Assembly: GCA_017499595.2 (NCBI GenBank)
Contig: CM038998.1
Span: 1,922,001 to 1,986,000, forward strand
Reading direction: 5' to 3'
DNA from: Psilocybe cubensis
Lineage: Eukaryota
Length of the DNA stretch: 64,000 nucleotides
The translations under genes and the position numbers were made by a program. Each line of letters opens with the position of its first letter. The stretch's first letter is position 1. The notes below the pieces were generated by a model that did no database searches, was not told where the DNA came from, and worked only from the letters and a program-made list of their open reading frames with translations. Positions 51,256 to 64,000 of this stretch are shown piece after piece.

Positions 51256-52833
51256 ATGCTTGCCTCATTTCGTCGCTCCTTCGCTTCATTTCCTAAACGC
51301 TCACTCGCAATGGTCTTCTCAAAACCCCAGCCTGCATCCAACTCACGCGTTCTCATATTCGGCGCCGGAAACTTTGGCTCCTGTTTGGCATCCCACCTAG
51401 GAGACTCGCAACATGAAGTATTCATGTGGGCTCGAGAGGAGGCGATCGTAAACCACTTCAATCTGCACCATCGGAACCCTATGTATCTTACTGAACATAA
51501 TTTTCCCTCTAACATCACTGCTGTGGGTCCAAATATGCCAGACAAGGACTTTATCAACAACGTCGATGTCCTGCTTTTTGCCATTCCCACACAATTTTTA
51601 AGGTTGGAGAACACACCTTCCTATCACATGTTCTAATGGAATCTTAACACAGGGCGACATTGACAACACTGCGCCCATCCCTCGACCTCAACAACCTTCC
51701 GCTTATAATTTTTGTCAACAAGGGCATTGAAGTCGGTACAAATGCCTTGACACTGGAAATCATCGTAGACACCTGCGGTCCCGAAGTTGCAAATGCAGCA
51801 ACATTTATCGTATGTCGGCGTCGCCCCAATATTGCCGCATAATCACCTGACTTTTGATGGCCAGTCAGGCCCTTCCTTCGCGAAAGAAAGTAAGATGTGG
51901 ACAAATATGTCTCCTACTGCAAGCTGACCAGCGGGCATAACAGTCGTCGAACGCCAGCCGACCTCTGTTTCGGTGGCTTCACTCACAGAGCGAGAAGCGG
52001 TCAAGGCCGCCACCTTGTTTCATCAGCCACACTTTCGCTGGTTTGTTGAGCTCCACGAATATAGTGCTTGGCTAATTTTAGTGTTGGCAGCTACACCGGC
52101 GTAGATCCCATTGGACTTGAGCTCTCTGGCGCATTGAAGAATGTATACGCCATTGCATCTGGAATGTCGGACGGACTTGGTTATGAGAACAATACGAGAG
52201 CGAGTCAGTCCTGAAAACATTGTGGCTTGGGACATCAATAACCATTGCAACAGTGATCATCACCAGAGGACTATCAGAGATGACCTGCATCGGAACAGCG
52301 TATGGGGCCTCCCCTTTAACCTTCCTGGGCCTGGCTGGTGTAGGAGATCTGTTCCTCACCTGCAGCTCGTCGAACAGTCGCAACTACACCGTCGGTTACC
52401 GACTGGGACAAGGGGAGAATCTGGACGTAATCATCAAGACACTCGGAAGTGTTGCAGAAGGAGTCCCGACCACAAAGGGCGTCAAAAAGATCATTGAAGA
52501 GCTGGGGATCAATGCACCAATTGCGAGCTCGGTAAGTTTGTCAAAGCTTATGACGGGAATAATTGGGCTGACTGCTGCGGGGATGCAAAGGTATATGATG
52601 TCCTCTTTAACGGTATGTTTCTCGGAGTATGCATCTCCGCGCTGGCAGGGCCTGATATTGTGTTGTATTACCCAGGGAAAGACACGCGCGCGGCTGTACG
52701 CGAACTGATGGAGCTACCTCCGTCGAAGGAACTGGAATTGCCTGCCACTGCTGGAGGGCCAGCGCGACGACTGCTGGAGAAACTAGGACAGAGCACAGAG
52801 AAACTGACGGACATTATGCACCCACATCTGTAA
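51256..52833 (+). CDS. NAD(P)H-dependent glycerol-3-phosphate dehydrogenase, GpsA-type motifs
   Basis: [64 protein letters not shown]. Confidence 0.9.
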
Positions 52834-53062
52834 AATACATACTACCTACTATACAAATTGCAATATAGACTTTTACTTGGACTATATTACCGAAACCGGA
52901 TAAGGGAATGGTCACGTCACAAAGATCGATCTGTTTGTGCCCACGCTTTGATTTTTTTTTTCGCTGACTATTCCGAACGCTCCGGGAAGCGTGAATCACT
53001 CATTCTTGTCCTCTCCCACTTCCAACTCCTCCTTCTCCCGACCACCGCTGCCCCGTAGCCAA

Positions 53063-55236
53063 ATGGTTTCCCCTCTCTGGAAGGCTGCTTCAGATGGTGA
53101 CCTCCAAAAAGTCCTCGAATATCTCAGCGAGCCCTCTGCCGTTGATATAGAGCTCAAGGGTGCGCTCCGTCCTCCATGATCGCTTCTCTTTTGCCAATCC
53201 ATTCACCTTGTCTTTTTTTCTTTTCGACCACAGATCATACAGGCGCTACGCCTCTCATCGAGGCCGTGAGGAACGGGCACATCGAAGTCGTTCGCGTTCT
53301 GCTCGAGAAAGGTTCGTTTTACGTGACACGTACGTGTTGTCCTGCTTAATGTCTCTCTCTTCAGGCGCAGACCCTTCCAACTCGTCCAGCCAAGGGCGTC
53401 CAGAGAATCACACCTCCGACCCTGCTATTTTAGAGCTCCTTCACGCCGCTCAGAATAAGCCAGCTCCGAACGGGATCCCTTCTCCTCAGCCTGCCTATCC
53501 TGCTGACGGCCAGGAAGACCCTGAAAAGCGCTTTTACGCGCCCCCGCCTGCAGATACATACATGTATTATCCTACCATTAATCCCTCGTTGTCCACCGTC
53601 AACGAATCTGGCGTTTTCTATCCCTCACATCCGCCAGCGGATTCTGCGAACGGCATGGGAAACCTCCCGCCCCCCGATGTCGCCAGGTTGATACCCTGTA
53701 GGTATTTCCCTGCCTGTCGGTATGGTGCGCAATGTATGTTTGCGCACCCTCAAACGCCTTACTTCCAGCCAGGTCCGATGCCTCCAGTCCAATACCCTCC
53801 TTTTGACCCAATGGGTCATCAATACATGCCCCAGTATTACCCATCACCCCCTCCCTTCCAGCAGTCACCTGCCGGTCATCCTATGTCCCCAATGTCCCCA
53901 CCTCCGGGACCGCCCATGATGCATGCGCGTACTCCGTCCGAAGTCATCTCTCCCTCGATGGGCCACTTCAGCCCAAGTGGTCCCCCTCCTCCACCTATCC
54001 CCTATGGCCCTATGTCGCCCCCAGTGTATTCTCATCCCGGTCAAGTTCCTATTTCTATGCCTCCGATTTCTCCCCTACCCGCTTTGCATCCTCATGGCCC
54101 TCCCCCTCCCCCTCCTCACTCTGTTCCACAGCCTCCTTCTAACTTATATAATTCGAATTCTTCTGTACCACCTTTCTCTTTGCATCAAGATGCACCGGCT
54201 CCTTACCCTGTACCGGTTCCGCCGACTAACGCTAATTATCCTGATGCCCCAAATGGCGTCCGACCAGACAATGCTCCAGTAGAAAATTATAATGCTCATT
54301 CCAACCACCGTGAAGGTGCTAATAATCACAGACGTGGTTCCGCCCGCCGACCATCTTTCAGTTCTCGGAAACCACCTTGCCTATTCTACCCTGCTGGAAG
54401 GTGCAAAAACGGGTAAGTTTGTTTGGCCAAGGCGATGATTACAGTGACTGATAGCATGTCCTAACCTCAGTGATGATTGCCGATTCCCTCATGTACTCAA
54501 TGAAAGTGGAGCCGCGCCAGTCCATTCTGGATTCCCCGCTGCAAGAGGGGGCGCGCCCCGGCCTCGTCCTCAGGCAAATGGGGTTAATGGTGTGGCACAT
54601 GTGGAAGCCAGGCTTAATAACATGTCCATCCAAGACCAAGAAACTCCTAGACAGAAGAATGGGGCAGAAGGGTCGAGTCGATCGCATTCCAGTGATGCTG
54701 GAAACCGGCCCAAGTTCCACCAAGGCTCTAAGCATCCTAACACAGGTGCTAATAACAAGAAGGCAGCGGCAGTTAGACAACAACAACAACAACAGCAGCA
54801 GCAGCAGCAGCGACAACAACGCGTTCCCAATGCCGATGAATTCCCTGTCCTAGGCGGCTCTACAACTCCTACTCGCGTTCCAGGAGTAAATGGTATTGTA
54901 AACGGACACAGCGGCCCTACCGCTGCTCAAGTTTTGCAAGCCCCTCCACCTACTCGTAAGGATGGCAGCAAGGAGTCCAGCACCCGCGGCGCAACTCCTG
55001 ATCCTGTTCGAGTCAATGCCTCGAAAGTAAGTTACTTGAGCACACAAGCCAATTCCCAAATTGATTCCCCGATTTAGGATAGCAAGCAAGAGTCTAGTAC
55101 TCCTTTGGAAAACTCAACGATTGCTCAAGATCAACCTACCACCAGCAATGTCGCTAAAGCTCCTGTTATGACTTTTGCCGCTGCCGCCACCTCTGGTGCC
55201 AACGAGGTCTCCAAAGAGGTCTCTGTCTCCGCGTAA
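53063..55236 (+). CDS. Ankyrin-repeat plus two CCCH zinc-finger protein, Pro-rich, poly-Q
   Basis: SPLWKAASDGD, GATPLIEAVRNGHIEVVRVLLEK|GAD; CRYFPACRYGAQCMFAH; CLFYPAGRCKNG|DDCRFPH. Confidence 0.82.
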
Positions 55237-55406
55237 ACCGCCTAAAAATGTTATGCTCGTCGAGCTTGTTACTCCGATATGACACGTTGATGGACTGTAC
55301 ACTGCTTTCTATCTCTACCCTTTGGCTTAACATTTGATTTATATCTATTCGTCCGCCACGCTTTCCTATTTTCTTCCTCTGTGCCTCTCACTTTTATCTC
55401 TCTGTG

Positions 55407-55407
55407 C

Positions 55408-55445
<38 letters not shown>
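55407..55445. repeat. (CT)n microsatellite in 3' intergenic region
   Basis: About 14 uninterrupted CT units, then one interruption and further CT. Confidence 0.9.
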
Positions 55446-55724
55446 GGTTGTAACTTTGCATCTGCGTCTTTTCGCTCTCTTTCTTCATCTTATATTTTTT
55501 GTTTGTCATCATACAGCATAAAACTTTACCAACTTCATCGTATTTTCTCTGTAGACACATCTCTCTTGGGCTCTGTCACTCTTTACATCATCGCTTTCTA
55601 CATTGACTCTGCTTCCATCCATACATCAAAAACCATAAATGTCTATTCCTACATCATCGTTGTTATCTTTTTATTACATAGCAATGTCACGCTATGCCCC
55701 CGTATTGTATTTGCCCTATGCTAA

Positions 55725-58541
55725 TCATGCAGCCCATGTCAATACATTCCTCATCTCCACTCCCGGTTTAGTTGTAACTTCTCCAATTTTGTATACCGCA
55801 GAAGGCCCCGTTTTAAGAGCATCCATGACCTCATCGACGTTAGTGGGATCAACAATAAGAACCATACCAATGCCGTTATTGAATGTTCTGGCCATTTCGA
55901 GAGGGTCGACGTTGCCTGTCTTCATCAAGAAACGGAATACAGGAGGATATTGCCATGTTGATGCGTCAATAAAGCAACCTAAATTTTTCGGCAGCACTCG
56001 AGGGATATTTTCGATGAAGCCTCCCCCAGTGATATGTGACATGCCCTTCAGGAGGCCGCGCTTTGCGACAGGAAGGATTTGGGAAATGTAAATCTGCGTG
56101 GGGGTGAGAAGTGCTCTGCCCAACTCTGTGCTTGGGTCCCATGGACAAGGTGACGAGTATGTCAGACCTGACATGGCCACAATTTTTCTAATCAGCGAAA
56201 AGCCGTTTGAATGCACACCAGATGAGGCAACGCCAAGCACGATGTCGCCTGCTTTAATGTCTGGACGAGGAAGAATCAGGTTTCTCTCCACGGCTCCCAC
56301 GGCAAATCCGGCAAGATCATAGTCGCCTAGAAGTGGAGAAGGTCAAATTTGATAATACCAAGTCAACATTCTCTCTGCACCTTCTTGGTACATGCCAGGC
56401 ATTTCAGCTGTCTCTCCTCCAATGAGGGCACATCCAGCCTGTTTGCATCCTTCGGCGATACCTGTTACTACTTGTGTTGCGATTGGGACGTCCAGCTTAC
56501 TACAACCGTAGTAATCCAGGAAGTACAGTGGCTCGGCACCTTGCACGAGGAGGTCGTTGACCGACATGGCTACCAAGTCTATGCCTAAGCGTCATTGATA
56601 AGTATGAATCGTATCTTACAGACGGCGAAAGGCATATTACCAACGAGATCATGAACCCCGACATCCACTGCTAATCTTAACTTTGTGCCAACGCCATCTG
56701 TGCCGCTCACTAGAACGGGATCCACAAACCCTGTTGCTTTAAGATCAAACACTCCACCGAAGCCACCGATTTCAACATCAGCGCCAGGTCTCGACGTGGC
56801 ACGTACGAGGGGTTTAATGGCGTCAACAAGAGCATTACCAGCATCTACTGAAACCCCAGCCTGAGCGTAAGTCAGACCGGTTGACTTTGAAGTCAATGCC
56901 CTGTGCTAGTGTCAATATAGCTGATAACACGAATAGTCAAATTGCTCTTTACCGATGGCCAATATCGCGTCGGTAGGTCTTGCCGTCGAAAGACACACCA
57001 TCAACGCCTTTGTAAGCAGCTTCTAAAGCTTCTTGCAGGGTTGGTGCGAAGGCAGTGATGGCAAGAACACGTCCACCAGAGGTAATGATATCTTCACCAG
57101 ATTTTTTAGTTCCAGCGTGGAAGATAACAACGTCTGTAAAAGCATGAGTTGTGGGCATTGACTACTCGATGCTCAGATGTGCACGAACTGGGTGGGATGC
57201 TCGATATAGTGATTGTCTTTCCTTTTTCGTAATTCTCCGGGTATCCTTTTGAAGCGAGGATGACAGTAACTGCCGCACCCTCTCTGAACTTAATTGGAAC
57301 AGAGTCAAGTCGGTGTTCGGCACATGCCTTCATTCCGACATAAGTATTGATCTGGCATTAGATATTAAAAGTGACATACGAGTAACAGAGCCGCCAGATC
57401 AACGCCGTCATCCAGAAGAAGCATAAGAGCCTCCGTTTCGGGATCTCCGAACCGTACATTGTATTCAAGTACTTTGGGTCCAGACTCTGTGAGCATAAAC
57501 CCAGTAAATAGCATGCCCATGAATGGGAAGCCTAAAACATAGGTAAATCAAGGATTATATGTATATTCATTTTCCGAACGCATACCTTCTCTCCTCATTC
57601 CGTCGATAGTTGGGCGCAATGTCTCCGTCATAATCCTCTGCAACACATCAGGTGTCGCAACTGGAGCTGGAGCATAAGCGCCCATGCCACCTGTATTAAG
57701 TCCAGTGTCTCCTTCTCCTATACGTTTATGATCTTGAGCTGCCGGCAGTGCGACGACGGAATAACCATCGGAAAGCGCCAAAACTGATATCTCCGGCCCT
57801 GTTAAAAGTTCCTCCACAACGACTTCGTTTCCTATAGCACTATAAGACACGGAGAAATTTTTTGAATAAACAAACATATTGTAACCGTACCGGCATCCCC
57901 GAAAACGTTGTCAACCATGATCTCCTTGAGTCCAGCGATTGCCTCCTCCGTACTATCGGGAATCAGTACACCTTTACCTCCAGCAAGTCCGCTGGCCTTC
58001 AAAACAACTTTATGTCCGCATGTCTTGACATACTCGATGGCTGCATCGATCTCCGAAGACTGGAAAGTTTTGAATATGGCCGTTGGGATATTATGACGGG
58101 CCATGAAATCTTTTGAAAAGGATTTTGAGCCTTCCATTCTCGCAGCCAGTTGGCTGGGGCCGAACACAGGGATGCCAACTTGAAATTTTTTAGTGAAGGT
58201 CAGAGATAATAATTAGTATGAAAGACCTTTGCGAAAGTAGCCTTCTACTCCATCTACCAAGGGCTGTTCAGGACCAGGTACCACTAAATTGATCTAAGAA
58301 GCGTAAGAGCTCATTTTCAAAGTGATACAACAAGATTGACCTTGTTTTCTAGAGCAAACTGGACAAGGCTTGGGAAATCGTTAGGCGATATGTTTTCTAC
58401 ATTTGAGGTTTTCGGCTCCTGGGCTGTTCCAGGATTACCGGGACAGACATATATGTGGTCGAGTATCGGCGACTTTGCAAGTTTCCAAGCCAGAGCATGT
58501 TCTCTTCCTCCGCCACCAATGACCAGAACTCTGACAGACAT
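55725..58541 (-). CDS. ADE5,7: Bifunctional GAR synthetase / AIR synthetase (Ade5,7)
   Basis: [93 protein letters not shown]. Confidence 0.96.
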
Positions 58542-59091
58542 TGATAAGATGAAAAAGTTGAGCACGTAACTGATCGGACGATCGCTTTATTGAGCGATGC
58601 TCATATGCTCCGAAGAGAGATAAACAACAGTAAATACCATCGCGCACTCAGTCCTCGACTTTGGACGGACTCGGACTCGGAGGTGTGTGGGCGTTGTAAA
58701 TTAAACACGATGACGGGAACGGCAATTATGCGAAGCACAGGTCAGAAACACGAGTCTAACACGCGTTTACGCTATTTCATGATGAGATCCCATATGTCGT
58801 GTTCATTTGATTGTGCGGGGTAGAGCATGTTCAGGGTGTGGCTATATCAATAAAGGAAGGATCTGCATCGACCTGCGCCAGAGTCCGTCATCGTTGGCCG
58901 TAGCACCGAGGACATCCAATCCAAGTTCGCAGCCACGGTGGACTCGGGTCTTGAATTCATGTCAGTGATGCCTGCAGGACGGCACGTGCCACAAGAACAG
59001 TCCGAGTTCGAATTACCGACTTGGGGGACACAGGCTCCTTTTTCTCCGTTCTCATTTCATTTATACACGCACATCACTAGTGGCCAGGGGG

Positions 59092-62000
59092 ATGGCCCTC
59101 TATCGCAGTCCCGCTGTGTCTACAGTGCCCTATGTCGATGTAAGTCATCGCCATTTGAAACGATCAACTACTCATTGCGCGTAGTCCCCAGGTTCCGAAT
59201 ACCCCGCAGGCGCCGCGCCAGACGACCAACAAGCATTCTATGAGGACATGGAACGGAGAGAAATATTGGAGCGTAAACTGTCCAAACGCAAATCGAATTC
59301 GGGCGGTTCAATATGGTCGCGCAAATCGCTGAAGCGTTGGACAATCACCCCACCTCCTGTTCCGCCAGGCTCCTCAGACCTTCCTCGAGCAGCTTCAAGT
59401 TCAAATTTGCAGATTAGAAATGACAACGATGAAGCGATGATTGGTGGGCAACAAAAGGAAAGACCTAGACTGAATTCTTCGAGCTCTGTCATTGCAGACA
59501 GCAGAGAGATCCCGCCATTAGTGGATACGAGTGCATGGGCAGCTGTCCCTTTGCCCGCCTTCAAGGTTCATTATCCTCTCCACAATCCTTTTGGTCCGCG
59601 CAGATATAGAAATCATCATCTCATCCCTCCCTCTCAAAAGCGACCCTCTATGCGTCCGCCGACCTTCTTCTCGCCATCATTTCCTCCAATGCACACAAAT
59701 TCCGCTCCCGAAAACTTGGACGATGACAGGCCTGAATCCAGCAATACCAATGCTAACTCACCTTTGCCTACTCCAACTTCTTCACAGACACGTGTCGCTG
59801 AGGGCACAAAACCGAGGTCGCGTAAAACATCCCAAACAGCCCCGGACAATGTTGACCTCCTCGATGTGACGGACCCTTGGGGAACCAATTGGCACCATCA
59901 GTCACCTTATGATATCGGTCAAACTACAGCAGCTGTCTCTGATTCTTATGATGTATGATAATTTTTTGTTGTTACGACTGATGTATCGAGGCTCATTTCC
60001 GTCATAGATCCCAAATCGAACACGGCGGGCCAGTATGACCGCCATGCATACTCGTAACAAATCAGTCGCACCTTCCCCACTTTCTCAATCCACATCCGCT
60101 GTACACTTACAACCATCTCAGCCAGAAATTCAAATACCGCGAAAATTAAGCAAGCGTCGTACTCCCACTGTCGATAATGTATTCCATCCCCAACCCCCAG
60201 AAATTGACAGAAAGACGACTTCTGCTCCTGTAACTCCCATCGAGCGCCGGTATGTAGCACCATCGCAAAGCGACAATCCTGCAGAATCGCTACCAAAGCG
60301 AATGTCTGTTGTACCTGCACCAGTGTATTCTACTCTCCATCAAACCCCCAAAAAAGAAAAACGGGGAAGTGTATTGAATCGTTTGGCAAAGAAGTTTAGT
60401 TTGTTGAGGAAGCCTTCGGAAGACAATTCTCCTTCGACCGATTGGTGGCACCATATTGATAACCATGAAATCAAAGGGTATACCAATGCATTTGACGCTC
60501 CTGGGGATCAAGGCCGCAAGTCTCCTCAGAAATCCGCCCGCGAGTCTGTGAAAAGAGTACCACCCCCTTCTGTGGATAATTTGGTAGACCCTCCAGCCGC
60601 ACCAGCAGAATCTGTCCAAAATATTGATCGCTTGTCTGTCGGTTCTATCGAAGCGCCATACTCAATGGGAAGGCTTACTATTACCAATCCTGATCTCATG
60701 CCGGATAATGAGAAACGTTCCTCCTTGGCCAATGAACCTCCTCCTCCTCCACCTGAGAAGCCAAAGGATAATGTGCAACTTTCGCACCCAGCTTCAGATA
60801 GTATGATATCACAGGGTCAAACTGCAAACACTGCTACTATGCATGATGTACCGCTGCGTTTTGACAAACCTTTGCCACCTCCACAGTTGGCTACGCCTGA
60901 GATGTCACAGCTTCGATTATCTGATGTGCGAACTGCACAGGCTTTGGAACAACTACTCCCATCATTGTCTCGAACAAACTCGCCAGTTAGTAGGCCAGCT
61001 GAACTTGTATCCCAGCCTAACGAGTCCTCTGCGATAGTAGAAAATAACCATCCTAGTACAGGTGACAAACCTGCTGTTCTTACTGTTGATCAAAGCCAGA
61101 TTGCTTCTCCAGCTCCCATTGCCGATAAGGAATTACAAGAAACTCCAAAAAAATTGGCCTCTCAGCCTACTGACAAAGACAAGCCCACGCTTATTAGAGA
61201 GTCAAGTGTTATTACGGAAACTACACCAGATCGGAATAAGACACGGTCGCCATCAGTAACCCCTCAGAGCAAAAAGGAAACGCCTAAGAAGACCTCATCT
61301 CAATCACAACCTGCTCGCAATGCTGAAGGTAAAACAAGTCGGAACCTTGCTACGGAGGGCTCTTGGCAGGACCCCTCTGCAGAGGCGTCCACTTCGACTC
61401 AGCGTCCAAAACTGAGCCAGGCCGAACCTCGCGTAGAGTCTGGTCCTGTGGCTGCTGTGCCCTTCCCGACAACCCAACGCCAGACAGTGAAATCTTTGGT
61501 GCGAGAGTATGAGGGTTCGCCGCTGTCGACATCGTCAATGCTCGCAAATCCACCTACGCCATACGACCATCGAGCTTCAATAGCTTTATCCGACTCAGCT
61601 CCCCCAACCTTGCCTCCAAAAAGCATATACGAAGGAAAAACCCAGCACAACCGTTCTCCTACGAATGCATCGCCTAGTCGACAAACGGAAACGTTCAAAT
61701 TGGTGCGAAGCTCTTCGGGTAATGTTTACGCGTCGAATCAAACTATCACTGCTGCCGGACAGCAGTGGGAGGTCGTTGAATCGGTTGAAGTCAAAGCAAA
61801 GAAAGAAAAATCGTCGACTAAACCTAAAGAACAAGAGCGCAAATCCAAAGACCATGAATCCAGAGGGAAAGAGCGCGATCACCGACCACGAGAGCACGAG
61901 CGTCACTCGAAGGATTATGAGTACAGGGCCAGGGATAAACGGAGATCACGCGAATATGACCGTTGGTCGAGAGACCATGACAGGGCTAGAGATGACTACA

Positions 62001-63844
62001 AGTATCGGGATGATTATAGATCAAGGGAAGACCAGAGAACTAGGGAGGAACATTTGGTGCGAGAAGAGCGTAGACTGAGGGAAGAAAGAGCAAGAGAACG
62101 GGAAGAACGTCGAATCAGGGAAATCAGGGAAGAATACAGATTGAGAGAGGAGCAAAAGATGCGAGATGAACGTCGGGCAAAAGAAGAGCAGAGAATTCGG
62201 GAGGAAAGGAGGGCGCGAGAAAAGGAGGAACAGAGAGTAAGGGAATGGGAAGAACAGAAGGCGCGAGAACGAGAGGAACAGAAGGCACGGGAACGGGAAC
62301 GGGAAGAGCAGAGGGCGCGAGAACGAGAGGAGAGGAAAGCACGAGAACGGGAAGAGAGGAAAATACGGGAATGGGAGGAACAGAGGGCGCGTGAACGAGA
62401 AGAAAAGAGGTTGCGAGATTGGGAGGAGCAGAGGGCTAGAGAAGAGCGGAAGGCACGAGAGCGAGAGGAACAGAAAGCACGAGAACGAGAGGAACAGAAA
62501 GCGAGAGAACGAGAGGAACAGAAAGCGAGAGAACGAGAGGAACAGAAAGCGAGAGAACGAGAGGAACAGAAAGCGAGAGAACGAGAGGAACAGAAAGCGA
62601 GAGAACGAGAGGAACAAAAGGCACGAGAACGAGAGGAACAGAAAGCAAGGGAACGAGAGGAGCAAAAGGCCAGAGAGCAAGCAGAACAAGAGGCTCGGGA
62701 GAGGGAAGCTCACAGGTTGCGAGAACTGGAAGAGCAAAAGGCGCGCAAACTAGAGGAAATGAGGATAAAGGACGAGGAACGCATCAGAGATGAACGACGA
62801 CGCAAGGATTACGAGCGCAGGTCCAGAGATGAACAAAGATTGGATGATCACAACCGTACTGCCAAAGAGTACAAACCTCAATCCAAGGATCATGATCTCG
62901 TCAGTCGTCGAGAACCAGTCAAGGAGGCCAGTCACTACCAATCTTCTTATCAATGGCCCTCACAGCAACCTCCATCATACCCTGCAGAGTCATCCAACAA
63001 GAGGTCGAATGGCATGGTCGCCTCTCACCATCATGGGGAGCGGTCGCGACACGATGATTTCTCTCACAGACCCAATGATCACCACGGGCGCAACGTCGAC
63101 AAGCGGCCTGTCAGCGATACCTCTTCTTCTTCTGACTACTATGGTACCGTACTAGTCAAATCAGACCCCGTTGATATCCCTTCTCAATTTTCTAACCCCC
63201 CACAACTGCGTTTGGAACGAAATCCATCTCTCACTGCTAGACCTACCTCCCAACTTCCATCTGCCGCCGAAATGAATGCCGTACGAGCCAAGGAGTCCTG
63301 GGAAATGGAACGTCTTTGGAAAGCGCGGAGTATGTACGGTTTTGAGCCAAATGCTCAGATAACGGACTTCATTCCTGGCTCTAGCTCGAGCAGCTCAAGC
63401 AGAAGCGACGACATTCACACACAAAGCGCCGTATATGGCTCTAGTCATACAGCTTATGTCGTTCAGACGCCTTTCCAAGGAAATCTAGGGACTCAGATAT
63501 ATCACTCAATGCCTACCGGTCCACCTCCTGTTATTTATTCTTCACCATCATCTATACCCAGTATCCCGGACAATCTTTCTTCTTACGAACCTTATGATCA
63601 TGTTTATCGATCTTTCACCGCCGCGGCGACGCCCTCTGACTATCGATCACCACCAACTTTACCTCGGCCAACATCGGACTATCGACACTCTACCACGGTA
63701 TCTAGGCCACCATTGAACAATCCTCTCCCCGAACCACCACGAGAATCACAAATCGAGCTGAGCGGTTTGAAGAACGCCAAAGACAATGATAAGCACTCGA
63801 GTGACTATTGGACGAAGTATAATGGAATCACGACCACACATTAG
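59092..63844 (+). CDS. Large (~1550 aa) disordered Pro/Ser-rich protein with E/R/K-rich helical repeat; exons 59092-59139, 59185-59952, 60008-63844
   Basis: In-frame GT-AG joins of the 236-aa and 1269-aa ORFs plus a 16-codon first exon. Confidence 0.78.
62450..62665 (+). repeat. Coding tandem repeat: 24-bp unit encoding KAREREEQ, nine copies
   Basis: aaagcgagagaacgagaggaacag-type units; central copies nucleotide-identical. Confidence 0.95.
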
Positions 63845-64000
63845 CATCCACGCATTGTTTAAATTCTTTCATGGGAATTCCCATTCACTGTTGTTTTAAT
63901 GTTCCCCGACATGTATACCTACCTTTACCTATATATAGCTTAACACTATTCTGTACAGCATGGACTTGACACTTTATTTTATACCTAAACACCATTTTTT

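Noticed and set aside
54570-54830. Poly-Cys minus-strand ORF resembling a metallothionein (a similar + strand ORF at 23374-23595)
   Set aside because: Antisense reading of CAG/CAA poly-Q tracts
62021-62737. Hydrophobic F/L/S-rich minus ORF, and a CRISPR-like regular repeat
   Set aside because: Antisense of the KAREREEQ coding repeat; no unique spacers, eukaryotic context

Overview
Gene-dense, intron-rich eukaryotic DNA from a basidiomycete fungus. The short ~50-60 nt GT-AG introns and CT-rich 5' regions suggest an Agaricomycete/mushroom-type genome; this is inferred from gene style only. I can support 29 protein-coding genes, with spans that include introns and exon joins read by hand: CWC25 (partial), DMC1, RNase T2, an HST3/4-type sirtuin, RPB6, a Rim4-like RRM protein, a Ser-rich RRM-like protein, CFD1, RFC4, mitochondrial SerRS, LSB5-like, a WRKY/GCM1-fold putative transcription factor, UTP11, a PLC-like phosphodiesterase, a G/N-repeat secreted protein, AYR1-like SDR, myosin regulatory light chain, PacC/Rim101, TAF1, a PA28-like gene, RRB1, MAPEG, a Ser/Pro-rich protein, NOP6, SED5, GpsA-type glycerol-3-P dehydrogenase, an ankyrin-CCCH protein, ADE5,7 and a ~1550 aa charged-repeat protein. 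No rRNA, tRNA, CRISPR array or intact transposon was recognised. Most interesting: (1) DMC1 yields an intact protein only through a non-canonical GA-AG intron, and the competing GT donor gives a stop or frameshift; (2) a microexon-fragmented PA28/11S proteasome-activator-like gene, almost invisible in the ORF track, that lacks the activation-loop motif; (3) seven GCCAAG PacC sites packed into 183 bp directly upstream of pacC; (4) an apparently domesticated MULE-type zinc-ribbon transcription factor; (5) a Rim4-like meiotic RNA-binding protein ~5.4 kb from DMC1. All family calls come from recognising motifs by eye; no searches were run.
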